From the NCBI RefSeq assembly GCF_009914755.1, contig NC_060944.1: a stretch of DNA of 64,000 bases; one strand, given 5' to 3'. This document shows, piece by piece, positions 36,041 through 48,678 of the stretch. Source of the stretch: the human T2T-CHM13v2.0 reference genome, Homo sapiens. The notes beneath the pieces were generated by a model that was not told the origin of the DNA, ran no database searches, and saw nothing but the letters and a program-made list of their open reading frames with translations. The translations under genes and the position numbers were made by a program. Position 1 is the first letter of the stretch; the number at the start of each line of letters is the position of its first letter.

Positions 36041-37651
36041 GAAGTAACAGTTCTGCTTTGGGTGGACACTCAGCTGACCATCGTTTTTATGTTTACTCCC
36101 CTCATTCAGTTTATAATTTTCTTTGGTGGTTCCATTGAGATCTAAGATTTTCTTTCCCCTGCTGGAAATCTATGAGCTCTAGTTTATGAAATTGTCATCA
36201 TCCTTAGCAACGATCTTTGTGTTTTATTGGGTTTGAGTGCTGGATCCATTTATAGTTTAACTTCTCAGCGGGGCTCTTGCACACGTGTATCTATAAACTC
36301 AGGGCCCATACCTATAGTTAGCCTGACTTGAGGTCTCGATTGCTCACTTACAGTCCAGGACAGACACAAAGCTTACTCGCTGGTTTATTAATATGGGGTG
36401 GAGACTGGGGAATTTCTAGTCCTCTCTCATGGAAAGAACTCTTTGAGGCTATGGGATTTATGCATGAGTTCTCCCCTGACCAAACACCACGTCCTGTCTC
36501 CCCTCAAAGCATTAGAAACTCAGCCACACACCCCCAGTCCTGTTTCCTGAAAGTGAATTACCCATGGACTACATGGTTTCTGTGCCTTCTCAGTGAAAGG
36601 GGTCACCCATGTCATCCCAGTTGGCCATCTTGCTGGAATGAAAGACCTATCATATTTCACAGATAAACACCAGTGACAGTACCAAATGTAAAAGACTTTA
36701 TTTAAAACAGGAAAATATTAAAATAGAAAATGCAAATAAAACTAATTCAAATGCAGGAAGCCATTGCTCCCTATGGCATACACTCATCTTTAATACATTT
36801 TGTGCAACAAACAGATGGATCGCATGGGCATGGGAGGGCCAAGAAACACAGCTCTCCTGTGTCAGCCAGGCCCTGGGTCACAGTTACCTACTAACCCAAA
36901 ATAGGGGTAGCATGCAGGCAGCAGGGCACTGGGTGTGGTTCAGAAAGCAAGTTCCACTCTGTGAGTGTGCGTCTGTTGCTTACACTTTCTCAGTCTTCGT
37001 TGTCTTATCTATAACGTGTCATCCTGACCAGTCCCCAAGGCTGTTGTGAAAGCAAACTCATAAAGAGTGAACCAGCTAGAAAGCAGCGTTTGTACAAATG
37101 CTGTGTCTGCCTTCCAGGAGGCACCACGTTTATAAACAGAAATCTGCAAGTTTGCCAGCTGCGCTAGAAATAAATGGCCCATCCAGTTTGTGCTGAGCCC
37201 TCCAACCATAGTGAGCTGTCCATCCTCAGTCCACATGGCACGTATCTGCCTGTGTGCTCCCACGCAGTCATCACGTACGTAGTCAGCACCATGGAGCCAA
37301 ATGAAACAAATGGTTTGCAGAAACATTTCCATTCTTTTTTTTTCACTTGAATTAAAAAAGATTCAACCTTGTATGTTGTACAAATTCTCCATGTGAGAAA
37401 AACGTCCCTCTCTGTACCTTAAGCACTGGGTCTCAGAATTCAGAGCACCAGCCCAGCCTCCCAGCTAGGACAGCGTTCCAGCGTGCTCTTGCCAGCTGTA
37501 ATGGTTCTGCAGTATGCGTGGAAATGGACTGTTTGATCGTGTGAAAACAAATGTGTGTTTCTTGAAAATGCAATGTATCTTGTACTTCTTACAGCTCACT
37601 TCTGGCTCCCAAGGGCTCCCAAGGACCACGCAATGACTCTTATTTCTTGTT

Positions 37652-37912
37652 TCTTTCTTTTCTTTTTTTTGAGACAGAGCCTCACTCTGTAGCCCAGGCT
37701 GGAGTGTAGTGGTGCGATCTCGGCTCACTGCAACCCCCGCCTCCAGGGCTCAAGCAATTCTCCTGAGTGAGCTTCCCAAGTAGCTGGGATTACAGGTGCG
37801 CACCACCATGTCTGGCTAGTTTTTTTGTATTTTCAGTAGAGATGGAGTTTCACCATGTTGCCCTGGGTAGTCTCGAACTCCTGAGCTCAGGCAATCCATC
37901 TGCCTCTGCCTC
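37652..37912 (-). mobile_element. Alu, slightly 5'-truncated
   Basis: tttttttgagacagagcctcactctgtagcccaggctggagtg... Confidence 0.9.
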
Positions 37913-38539
37913 CTTATATTCATATGTGTATTTGTTTTTATCATGTTTCCTTATCACTTCAGCTTGTTTGTGTTTGCTCACATGTGTTTACTCTTAAGGC
38001 CAACACTCTTGAATTTATCTATTTTGCTTCCCTGCAAAGAGGCTGACTGTAAGCATAGATCCTTACCAGGGCCATTCCCCAAATATCATCTTAGAACCAT
38101 GGCCACAGACTGCATTCAGTGCTGATAAAGGCCACAAGAATGTCACAAATGTATCTCTTGGTCATAAAGGGGATGATGCAAGAGATTGTGGGTTAATCAC
38201 TATAAACTTCCCCACCAAGAGCCTATCCAAATTTCCTAAAGTTGAAGTCAGTCCTGCTACAGAAGGAGTGGCAAAGGCAGAGAAACGACCACACATGAGC
38301 CAAGTTTGTGATTGAATCAGTAAAGCACACATTGGAGTTGTTTTCACGTATATTTAAAACAAGGAAATTTACTCAGCTGTGCAGATTAGAAGTCTAATAC
38401 AAAATGAGCTAAGGACGCTTCCTCTCCTGGGCCACCAGGTGAAAGGGGCGTCACTGGAGGAGAGTGGCTGTCACTGCAGTACACTAAAGGTGACCACGCA
38501 TTTCTTGACCTGCTTCCTGCATCCTTTCCCCTTGAATCT

Positions 38540-38940
38540 GGGCTGGCCCCACTGAGCCACTCGTAACCAGTAGGACACAGCAGAAGTGATGTTCTGAGTC
38601 TCCTGTGGCTGATAACCAGGAGAAACTTGCAGCTTCCCCCTGCAACACTCACCCAGAGCCCTGAGCTGCCACACAGGAAGTTCAGCTAGCAGTGACCACC
38701 GTGCTGGAGAGGCCAAGGCACCAGGTGTGAGTGGAGCCATCTCAGGCACCCCAGGGCAGTCCAGACACCAGTGACCCCACATCAGGTGACCCTGTTAATG
38801 CCATATGGAGTAGAAAAGTCTCCCAGCTGGTCTGATCTGAATTCCTGACCCACAAATTATGAGACAGAAAAAAATGGTTGTTGTTCAAGCCACCAGGCTT
38901 TGGAACCATTTGTTACCAGCAGTAGATAATTAGAAGAGTC
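38540..38940 (+). mobile_element. MaLR LTR remnant (MLT1-type)
   Basis: gagccctgagctgcca...aattcctgacccacaaa...ttcaagccac...gcagtagataattagaa. Confidence 0.7.
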
Positions 38941-40489
38941 ACTGCTCCCCACAGAGGGGTCATCTTTGCAGAATGATGCATGAGCACTCGGGTTGCATCC
39001 AGGAAATGGGATTGACGGGAAAGCCAGACAGAGGCGTTGAAAGGGAAGCATTAACAAGCTGAGGCTCCCCCCAGCAAGTGAGATGCAAGGTGAGGCCAAA
39101 GACACGCCTGTCCCTAGTCTCTGCTCAAAATTCTCTTCCTCCTGGAACCTCCTAATTTTGTTTTCAGCTACCAGGATTCACCCCTTATCCCAGGCTGCCT
39201 TACCGAGGAACGTTCACAAAACTTATATGAGCTCCTCCACCATAACCTACAAGTCAGAAGGGCCATCAGAAGAGGCTTCTGCCTGTCCTACGCTGGGCTC
39301 TGGTCCAGCCCTCGGCCTGCTCATGGTTGGCTGTGACTCCAGTAAGTTTAACAGTTTCCAAGTGACCAAATGTGATTCTTCATTCAGCCGACTGTGATAT
39401 AGGAAAATGGAAACATGACAAAGCAATTGTTTGAGACACAGCAGATGACACCAGTGCTGCACCCGTATTCCCTTGGCACTCATGGCTCTAACTGCAAATA
39501 CCTGCCCTGACTCTGTTGGAGGCTTTCTCCACTCACAGCGGGGTGCCCAGCCATGTGCAGGGGAGGGCCAGAAATGTGGGGAGGTGAACACACGGGAGCA
39601 GCCCTCAAGCAGTGGTGGAGGAGACTGGGGCTACATAATCCAGACTCCTTGCTCCTGGAGGGGAGCCCCTGGGAATACTCTTCCAGATGTCTGCAGTGGG
39701 GCTGACACAGCCACCCCCTGCTCATTAACCCGCCCTGCAACAGCTCCTCTGCCTCCCTATCTCACCTCTCTACCTTCTTAATGGCACTTCTGGGATCACC
39801 TCCAAGGAAGCTGCTTGTCTCCCTACCCTTGTCTCAGAGTCACCTCTGGACCCCGCCTAAGCTGGAAAGACATTAAGTAAAAAGGGATCAGTTTCTAGTG
39901 GCACTTGAACATGTGTGTTATGTCACCTCCTTCATAAAATCTTTATTTAAGTTATGGTAAAAGAATAAGATGTGAAACCATGAAGGAAAAGAGAATGGAC
40001 GTGGAGCAACAAGAAACAGAGATGTCAGCACGTTTTGGAAGATGAAAGCGCACGGAGGAGTGGTGATCATGCAGTGTGGCTGAGTCTGCAAGCCCCCATG
40101 ACAACAGCAGCAGGAATCAGCCAGTCCACTCCACCACCACCGTGAGGAGGCAGGGCTGGGAGCTCCAGGTGTGAGGCAAGACATGGCGAAGACATCCACC
40201 TGAAAGCAGTGCATTTCTAAGTTGTAATCGGTAAAGCACCCAGTCCTGTGTCCCATCTTCAGGGCTTAGTGGCAGACGTTTCTTAATCCCAGCAGGAGAC
40301 CAGTCAGAATGCCTCCAGCCTTGGTGACTCAGGGCACAGTGAGGAGTGAGAGCAGACCAAAGTCCACAGCATGGTGAGCAGCAGGGCCCGGCCCCTCTAA
40401 TGCCCAGGCCCCAGTGCTCCTTAGCCCCCCTGGCTCTTACCCCAAGGCAGGAAGTTAGGGGATTTATCCCTGGAGAAACTGAATGTCTC

Positions 40490-40859
40490 TATGTTAGTCT
40501 TCTAGGGCTGCCATAACAAAATGCCAGACTGAGTGACTAAACAACGGAAATTTAACTCTGTCAGCTCTGGAGGCTGGAAGCCTGAGGTTGGCAGGGCTGG
40601 ATTCTCCTGAGGCCACTCTCCTTCATGTGGCCGCCTTCTTGCTGCGACTTCACGGGGTCATCCCTCGGTGTGGTCTGTGTCCCTGTCATCTCTTCCTGTA
40701 AGGACACCACTCATGTCAGATTAGGGCCCATCCTAACAATGCCATTTAAACTTACTCACCTCTTTAAAGGCCCTATCTTCAAATACAGTCACATTCTGAG
40801 GTACTGGGGGCCAGGATTTCACCGTATAATTTTGGGGGAACAAAATTCAGCCTATAATA
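40490..40859 (-). mobile_element. MaLR LTR (MLT1B/C-like)
   Basis: agggctgccataacaaa...aaatacagtcacattctgaggtactgggg...attcagcctataata. Confidence 0.85.
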
Positions 40860-42500
40860 GTCCTCAGAGAAAAGACCAATGTACAATGTATGCTGTTGTA
40901 CAGAAGCTAAAGAAATCTGAAAGACAGCTTGCAGCCTAATCAATACTATGGAAAATCTCACCAGTTAATCAGTGCCATATATGCAGAGCATCTGATTGGC
41001 CTGTTGGTGATCTTTAATGTTAAATAACAGCCAGTGATTTCCTGACACTTGAGAGCGCCTCTACCATGGAAAAAAAAAAATGAAACCTGAACAAATGGGT
41101 GAGGGTCAGGGGAAGGATTCTGATTGATAGAGAGACAAAGCAGGAAGTAGAAAGTGTCTTTCAAAAAATCTATAGAGTTAATATTTTCAGAGAGATAAGG
41201 AATGAAATCAACTTCCTGAAATCAAAAAGGAAAGTTGTGTAAAAGCAAAAGTGAGAGAACAAAAAGAGTAAACAAAAGGAAATTAAGGAATATGATAGCC
41301 AAATACTATCCCATAGAAGGCTTGGAGAACGATTGAGGAAATGATCCATAAAGTGCAACAAAAGGAGAGAGGTGGACAATGACAAAAGCAAGCAAGAGAA
41401 AGGAAGACAGAGAGAAAGAAAGGAGAGAAGGAAGAGAGGGAGGGAGGAAGGAGAGAGGGAGGGAGGGAGGAAGGAAGGAAGGAAGGAAGGAAGGAAGGAA
41501 GGAAGGAAGGAAGGAAGGAAGAGTTAGAGAATTCACTGAACATCAAAGCCCTTCAAATCAACATTTTAGAACACCCAGGTGGCAGGGGACTCCACCAGAG
41601 CTTCCAGAGAGAAGGAGCAGCTGCAGCAGTGAAGGGGTATAAAGATGATGCTAGACCTGTTGACAGAATTGGAAGTGAGAAGAGTATGGGGCAAGGCTTT
41701 CAGAAGTCCAAGGAAAAAAATCATTTCCAAAGTGGAATTCTATACTTTTCCCAACTGTCAGTCAAACATGGCAATAGAATATGGCCATTTGCAGGCACGC
41801 AGAGTCTGCCACCCACGCATGATGTTCCGAAGCCTTCCGCGGTGTGTGTTGCAGGGACAAGCTTTCCTGAGACAAGGCCTGGGGTCTAGGAAACAAAAAC
41901 TGTAACGTCAAAGGGAAGCAAAACAAATTTCCAAAGTGAGGCATCAAAGAGCAATCAGCTTCAATTGGAGCAGAACACCAGGAGTGTGAACGCCAGGAGG
42001 AAATAAGAAGGAATTAATAGATTATCTGATATGTTTGATTATAGCCTGAAAAAATGTATTGAGAGGGTATTAATGGGTGTGGTAAAAACTATAGCAACTG
42101 AAGCCAGAAGAAAAGAGGCATAAACCAGTGCACTTGGCTTAGCAGTGAACACAAAGTACGTAGTCAAAATAATGACCATATTAGGGGATGAAGGAAGGGA
42201 GAGGTGACAAAGTGGGTAGGGACAGAGGTTTCCAAGAAAGCGAACTCTTCATCCACCACAATAGTCGGTCAGTGATAGGTAGTTGACAAATTGATAAATC
42301 AAGAAATTAAATATGTTTAACTCCTTAAGAAAGAAGTAAATACCAGATGGATCCACTAACAAAGTTCAAAATGTGCCTTTGGGAAAGAGCCTCAGAGGTA
42401 GAGAAGTATCCAAAGACATTGCTGCTGGTGTTTTACTTTATACTATACACCTTTTGGTGTCATGTATTTTACCAAACACTGTGAACATATTCCTTTGATG
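40860..42500 (+). mobile_element. Ancient L1M/HAL1-like ORF1-region remnant
   Basis: ORF1 C-terminal-like gaattctatac...caactgtcagtcaaacatg in A-rich context. Subfamily uncertain. Confidence 0.55.
41395..41522 (+). repeat. Purine microsatellite with 13 perfect GGAA (41469-41520)
   Basis: Counted from sequence. Confidence 0.92.
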
Positions 42501-42519
42501 ATAAAAACTATTTTAGAAA

Positions 42520-43075
42520 CTAAATATATACATACACTTATCAGCAATTCTACTCCTAGCTATATGACCTAGCAGAAATACATCTGTATACTCATCAAAA
42601 AAAAAAAAAAAAGACTAGAATGTTCATAGCAGAGCTATCCATAGTAGCCCAAAACTAGAAACTATTCAGATGCTTTTCCCCAGGAGAATGGACGAATAGA
42701 CTGCATTGCATTCCTGCAACAAGAGCCTAGTGAACGGATGGTCCATCACTGCACACACAGGGGTGAGTCTCACACCCAGAGCAGAGGAGTCAGACACCAT
42801 CGTGCGTGTACTATGGGACCTATAGGGAGTTCCAAAGCAGGCAAACAGAATCTGGGCTGTTGTAATTCAGCAAAGTGGGCACCGCTGAGGATGAGGGACA
42901 GTGAGGGGGCACAGGAAGGCCTTGGGGGTTATACGGTGCTGTTCTTAGTGCCAATGGCTGGTTACATATGTGGTGGGGCTTCACTAAGCTGTGTACTGAT
43001 GCACAGAGCACTTCTCTATGAGTGTTCCACTTGGTATACAGTCATATGGGAGATGTATATCACATTTTAAAGAAG
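42520..43075 (+). mobile_element. Old L1ME-type 3' fragment
   Basis: cagcaattctactcctag...agaatgttcatagcag...aaaactagaaac. Confidence 0.72.
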
Positions 43076-43624
43076 AATGAAGGGCACAGGAAAAGTCAGT
43101 ATGAAGTGTGTGACCATTTACTGCTATTTGGATCTGACGAATAAGGAGAGTGACAGTTGTCAGTCCCACTGATTCTAGCCGTAATTCTGATTTAATAATA
43201 GAATATCTCATGATTTTAGGATCCTTCCTGTTCCTAAACGGCCTGCATGCTGGACCCCGTGGTGCCCTGAGGAAAGCAGGCGTGCTGAGGGGCACTGGTG
43301 AGGAGGGCCAGGAGGCGTTTGCAGAAGGTGGGCTGCTGGGGTGGACCCAGCTACTCACCTGGAGGAAGGTGAAGCACCGTGGGCAGCCCCATTAGCATTC
43401 AGAGGGCACCAGGATGCAGGACCGAGCTGAAGCCACCCAGACACAGAAATCCACTTCCTGGACCAGATCACAAGTGCGCCTCGCCCTCCTCAGGGGCTCC
43501 CATCTCTGCTTCGCTTCCTCCTGAGCTCTGCGTGCTCGCACTTGAGCAGTGCCAGCCCCGCAGCCCCCTCCCTCTCAGGCAAGCTAAGCCTGAATCTGTG
43601 AGAAACCAAGGCTGGCTTCTCCCT

Positions 43625-44028
43625 GGCCAGGGCCAGATGTTTATCCCCTCCGAATCTCATATTGAGATGTAACCCCCAGTGTTGGAGTTGGGGCCTGGTG
43701 GGAAGTGTTTGGGTCCTGCGGACGGATCCCTCATGGCTTGGTGCTGTCCTCAAGACATTGAGTGCTCTGAGATCTGGTTGAGTAAAAGTGTGTGGCCCCT
43801 CCTATCCCTTGTTCTCACACCCCTGCTCTGGCCCTGTCACAGGCTTGCTCCTGTTTTTACTTCCTCCATGAGTGAAAAGTCCCTGAGGCCTCCCCGGAAG
43901 CCGAGTAGATGCTGGCGCCATGTTTCCTGTACAGCCTCCAGAAGGATGAGCTACTTAAATCTCTTTTCTTTATAAAGTTACTCGGCCTCAGGTATTCCTT
44001 TATAGCATTGCAAGGAGGGCCAAACACA
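43625..44028 (+). mobile_element. MST-type MaLR solo LTR
   Basis: aatctcatattgagatgtaacccccagtgttggag...ctcaggtattcctttatagca. Confidence 0.85.
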
Positions 44029-45627
44029 GCCAGCAAATGGAGTAAATGATAGCAGCTGCCCGGTCCAGCAGCAGCCTGGTGCAGCAGCCGCAGTTCCCGT
44101 GTATGTTTACGATGTTGTTATATGGTGATGTCTGTAAATTGAGATCCACAGAAGGGGCTGGCCTTGAGGACAAGGACACTCAAGAAGCCTCCCTGGGAGG
44201 AAGTCCCCTCCCTTGGATGTAGTGATTCAGACCAGCAGGAGGCGGAGGGGATCGGCGCCAGCACCCAGGCGGTGACCTAGCCTTCCTCTGGTGTTTGAGT
44301 TGGGTTGTAACCAACACAGTCTGTACATTTGGTTTCACAGTCCATCTCCTCCCTGCCATTTAGACCTAACTAACATCAGAAGATTTATTTTTTTTAATGG
44401 CTTAAAATATAAGGGTTGTTAAAAAGGCAGGGGTCATAAAAATAGACCTGGGCCTAAATACATGCAGGCAACAAACGTGTGTTGGGGGGTCTGCGTGTGA
44501 GACCCTTTGCCTGAGAAGCCTCCCGTTCCTATAGTTGCTGTTCAGCTTCTCTTACTATCATTAAGAATATTGAGCCTGCCTCTTTGTCGAGTACAGCTCT
44601 CAGTACCTTGTCAGTGCACAGCAAACATTAGATGATGATAAATAATGGAAATAACCTTTACAATAATGCAAAGAAATGTAATCCAGCCAGACAGGTATCG
44701 GTACTGGAAAGAAAATGAACCATAAAACACCCATGGTGGAATACATTTCCAGATAAATAGTTCGGGAGGCAGCCAGTGTCTTGCGGAAGCCTGTCCCAGA
44801 TCTCGGGAGGCAGGTGTCTGGCGAGGGCATAACTGCTGAGGACCCCCAGCTGTGCTGGCCCCGGTCCATGGATGACGGGGACTGTGGAAACAGCGACCTT
44901 GCCCCTAAAAACTGACTGCAGGAGAAACAATGCAGCCGGGGTAGACCTCAGAAAACGTCATGATTTTTCCAAAACCTCAAACGACAGTGGGTATTTTCCA
45001 GCCAAAGGACAAGCAAAAGCTCATTGGAAACTCCATGAAGAGCGAAGAGAAATGGCAGCCTGTGGGTCCTGGCCTGTCTGAGACAGCCCAGAGCCCAGCA
45101 CTTCAGACATCTCCAGGGTGTCTCGGGGAAAGGCAGGTAGTGACGCGGCAGGGGACTGGAGCTCGGTGGAGTGGACTCTGCCTCGGGGTCACTGAGAACT
45201 GGGTCCCTGATGGCCGGTGCTCCTCCCCGTGACAGATTCCACACAGGAGCTGCAGGCCGTGGACCCCTGAAGTGGACAGGCGCTCTGGCCGTACCCTGGG
45301 GGGTGAAAGCCCTTCCCCAGTGACCTGCAGGTTTCGAGGGGCTTCCCCCTCCCACGGTCACCCCTGTGTCCTTCATCTTGCAGCCGTTTCATTATCTCCA
45401 CCCTGACATCGAACCGTGTGGAGTATGACCCCCCACCCCCACCCCCCGGCGATTCACTGAATGTGAAATAGATTCCCACGAGGCATGTGGGTGTGGAGCC
45501 TGTTTCCCAGGGGCCTGGGAAAGCCCACAAAGTGCACAGCCCGGCAACGCCCAGAGCTTCGTTTCAGGCGTTCACCACAGGCTCTTCTCCCAGCGGGGTC
45601 GTCTGCCTCGTTTTCTCCCAGATCCAT

Positions 45628-45800
45628 GCTGTCCAGTGTGGGACCCCCAGCCATGGGTGGCTGTTTACTTTTAAATTAGTTAAAATTAAATAATATTAAA
45701 ATTCGGTTCTGCAGTCACATGAGCCATGCCCCAAGTGCCATGTAGACGCAGCAAGTGGCACAGCCGAGCAGCATCTCCATCCCCAGGAGCTTCTGCACGG
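45628..45800. mobile_element. MER3/MER33-like hAT remnant
   Basis: gctgtcca...tggctgtttacttttaaattagttaaaattaaataatattaaaattcggtt. Confidence 0.6.
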
Positions 45801-48107
45801 CTCTGATGTGGACCTTCCCTCCCCAGCTGCTGCCCGGTCTCCAACTCCTCTCACCCCCCTCCTTTCCTGGGTTACCCAGGGAGCTGCCAATCCCTCCCGT
45901 TCTGTACTGCTGAGCGTGGCATACTGCCTGAACTGGAGCCAAGTCCTCCCTGTGCCCTGTTGAGCCCACAGGGCTTCCCTTTAATAGGTGTCACTGGCCA
46001 CAGAAAGAAGCACTGGACATAACTCATTCCTTTCTGGATTCGCCTGATTTCTATCTTCCTTAATAGCTTGTGGATTGCATAAAGCCAGTGACTACCGGCC
46101 ATGATTTGGGGCCTGCCTGCATGGGGTTCTGCCCATCGTGGAAATGTTTCTGGAGAGCATGAGTTACCCTTGGAAACACGGTAGGGGGAAAGTCTGCCGT
46201 CCTCATCATCGTGTGGTCATGAATGACACTCCCTGGGCCCTGTCTGGGCACTGCCAGGTGTGGGTGATGTGTCCTGCATTCAGCAAAGAGGCTAGCATCA
46301 ATGCTGCAGCATCCTGAGTGCTGGGTGGAGACACAAGGGCCCAGACAGGAGCCTTTCCCTTAGCAGCTGGCTGGCAAGGCCGCTGGGAAGGTACCATGGA
46401 GAAGCTGTGGCCCGGAAGATGAATAGTGTTAAAACAGTGACGGGTGATGAAACGGCCACTGCAAATACAACCAGAGAGAAGGCAAAATCAGGGAGAGGTG
46501 GGGAGAGGCCTGGAGAGGGAGCCGGGCAATACCTGCCCTTGACAGGTGCTGCCTTGTCAACGTAATTACGTTTGCATCTGTGTTCAGAGATGAAGTCAGC
46601 CTCTCAATTCCCTTTCTCTGACTTTTCTTCTCTGGTTTTGGCATCAAGATTTTACAAGTTTTATAAAATGAGTTTCTCTATTCTCTGTAGATGGTTCTTA
46701 TCTGTTCATTTAATTATTGATAGAATTCATTTCTAAAGTAAGGTAGTTTTTTTTCAACTATGCTTTCTTCCAGTTACCGTTCCTTCCCAGAAGTATCCAT
46801 GAACCTGTTTCCATGCCAACAGCAGAGGCAACTTGGGCCTGTTTTGTGCTGTAGATAATAGGATGCCGAGTCCGGCTTCGTTTGTTCATCACTGTGTCTC
46901 TGAAATTTATTCCATGACTATCTGGGTGTCATGACGGCTTGCCCTTCTATCGCTGGCACTCAGAGGGCTTCCAGGTCAGGGCAACCATGAGTCAGATTCC
47001 TTTGAACATTCCTACAGATGTGTTTTGTGAATACATGAATAATTCTTATTGGGTATTTACACAAATAAATGTCCACTCATTTACGGGAGTGGAATTGTTG
47101 TTGCGTGATGTATCTATATGTTCAGCTATAAGAAATGCTGACCATTTCCCCAAGTGGTGGTACCAATTTGTATCCCACCAGGAGTGCAGGGGAATTTTGG
47201 TTTTTCCACATTGTCTGTGACACTTCCTGTTGCCTCTTGGCCTTGCTGGAGGGTCCATGTACAGCATGTTCTAAGCATGGGTTGGGCATGGCTGCACACA
47301 CAGCAGGCCTGGCCTCAGGAGGAAGGGCCTCCTCTCTTCCCCTCCTCCTCCCCACTCGTCAGCCACAGTGTCTGCCCCTGTGGACAAGGTGCGGTTGGCA
47401 GGAGCAGATAGGAGACAGAGATGTCACAGCCACCCCAAACTCACATTGTCACAGGAGGCTTGTGCTCTCGTACACGGCTTGCTTTCTCATCTGGGCACTT
47501 GGCAGGTTCTTCTCAGGCCCACGCTCACCTTCGCATCCCCAGCTTCAGCCTGCTGGCACAGGCCCTGTGTGTCCATCCACTTGCCCCTCAGCTGGGCTCT
47601 ACTGGATAGGACCCAAGACCATGTCTGGTCCCTGGAGAACACCTAGGCCTTTGTTCCCTGCCCAGCCAGGGGCTGGTCATCTCCACAGAGCAGCACCCTC
47701 CTGGCCCCACCCCTGAGGGGGCCGGTCAGCCGCTTGCCTTTCAGAGTCTCCAGGTAGGAACCGGCTGGTCACCCGCCCGCAGTGCTGGACATGCATGGAG
47801 CCAGCAGGGTCCCATGGCAGCTGCACCCCCACAGCCTGAGTGAAAAGCAAATGCCTTCCTTCTGTGGATGGGACCCAGGCTTAGCACACCGTCAGTCCTT
47901 CAAAATGCTTCTCAGCCTCCAAACCATTTGTGGAGGCACAGGCCTTGAGGCATCTAAATTTGTTCTGCTCTCTTGTTTAGAAAATAGGCAAAGGCTGCTG
48001 GGGGTGGGGGCGGGGAGGTCCCCGTCACCATCCTAGGGTGTGTCTCTTGTGATGTGGAGCCTGGGATGGAGCTTCCAGCTGGACCTTCTGTTACAGAGCA
48101 AGTGAGC

Positions 48108-48678
48108 AGAAGAAAGAAGGAGGGAGGGAGGAAAGGGGAGGGAGGGAAGAGAGGGGGAGGAAGGAGGGAGAGAGGAGGGAGGGAAAACCGAGGGAAGAGG
48201 GAGGGAGGAAAGAGGGAGGAGGTAGGAAAGAAGGAGGAGTTAGGAAGGAGGGAGGAAGGAAGGAGGAAAGAGGGAGGAAGTAGGAAGGAGGGAGGGAAGA
48301 GGGAGGAAGAAGGGAGGAAAGAAGGAGGAGGTAGGAAGGAGAGAGGGAAGAGGGAGGAAAGAGGGAGGGAAGAGGGAGGAAGGAGGGAAGGAAGAGGGAG
48401 AGAAGAGGGAGGGAGGAGGGAGGGAGGAGGGAAGAAAGAAGGAGGAGTTAGGAAAGAGGGAGGGAAAGGGGAGGAAGGAGGGAGGAAAGAGGGAGGAGGT
48501 AGAAAGGAGGGAGGGAAGAGGAAGGAGGGAGGGAGGAGGGAGGGAAGAGGGAGGAAGGAGGGAGGGAGGAAAAAAGGAGGAAGGAGGGAGGGAGGAAAAA
48601 AGAGAGGAAGGAGGGAGGGAGGAGGGAGATGGGAATAAAAAGTAAGGAAGGGAGGAGGGAGGGAGGAGGGAGGGAGGG
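48108..48678 (+). repeat. ~570-bp polypurine (GGA/GGGA/GAA) tract
   Basis: Almost exclusively A/G on the + strand. Confidence 0.95.
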
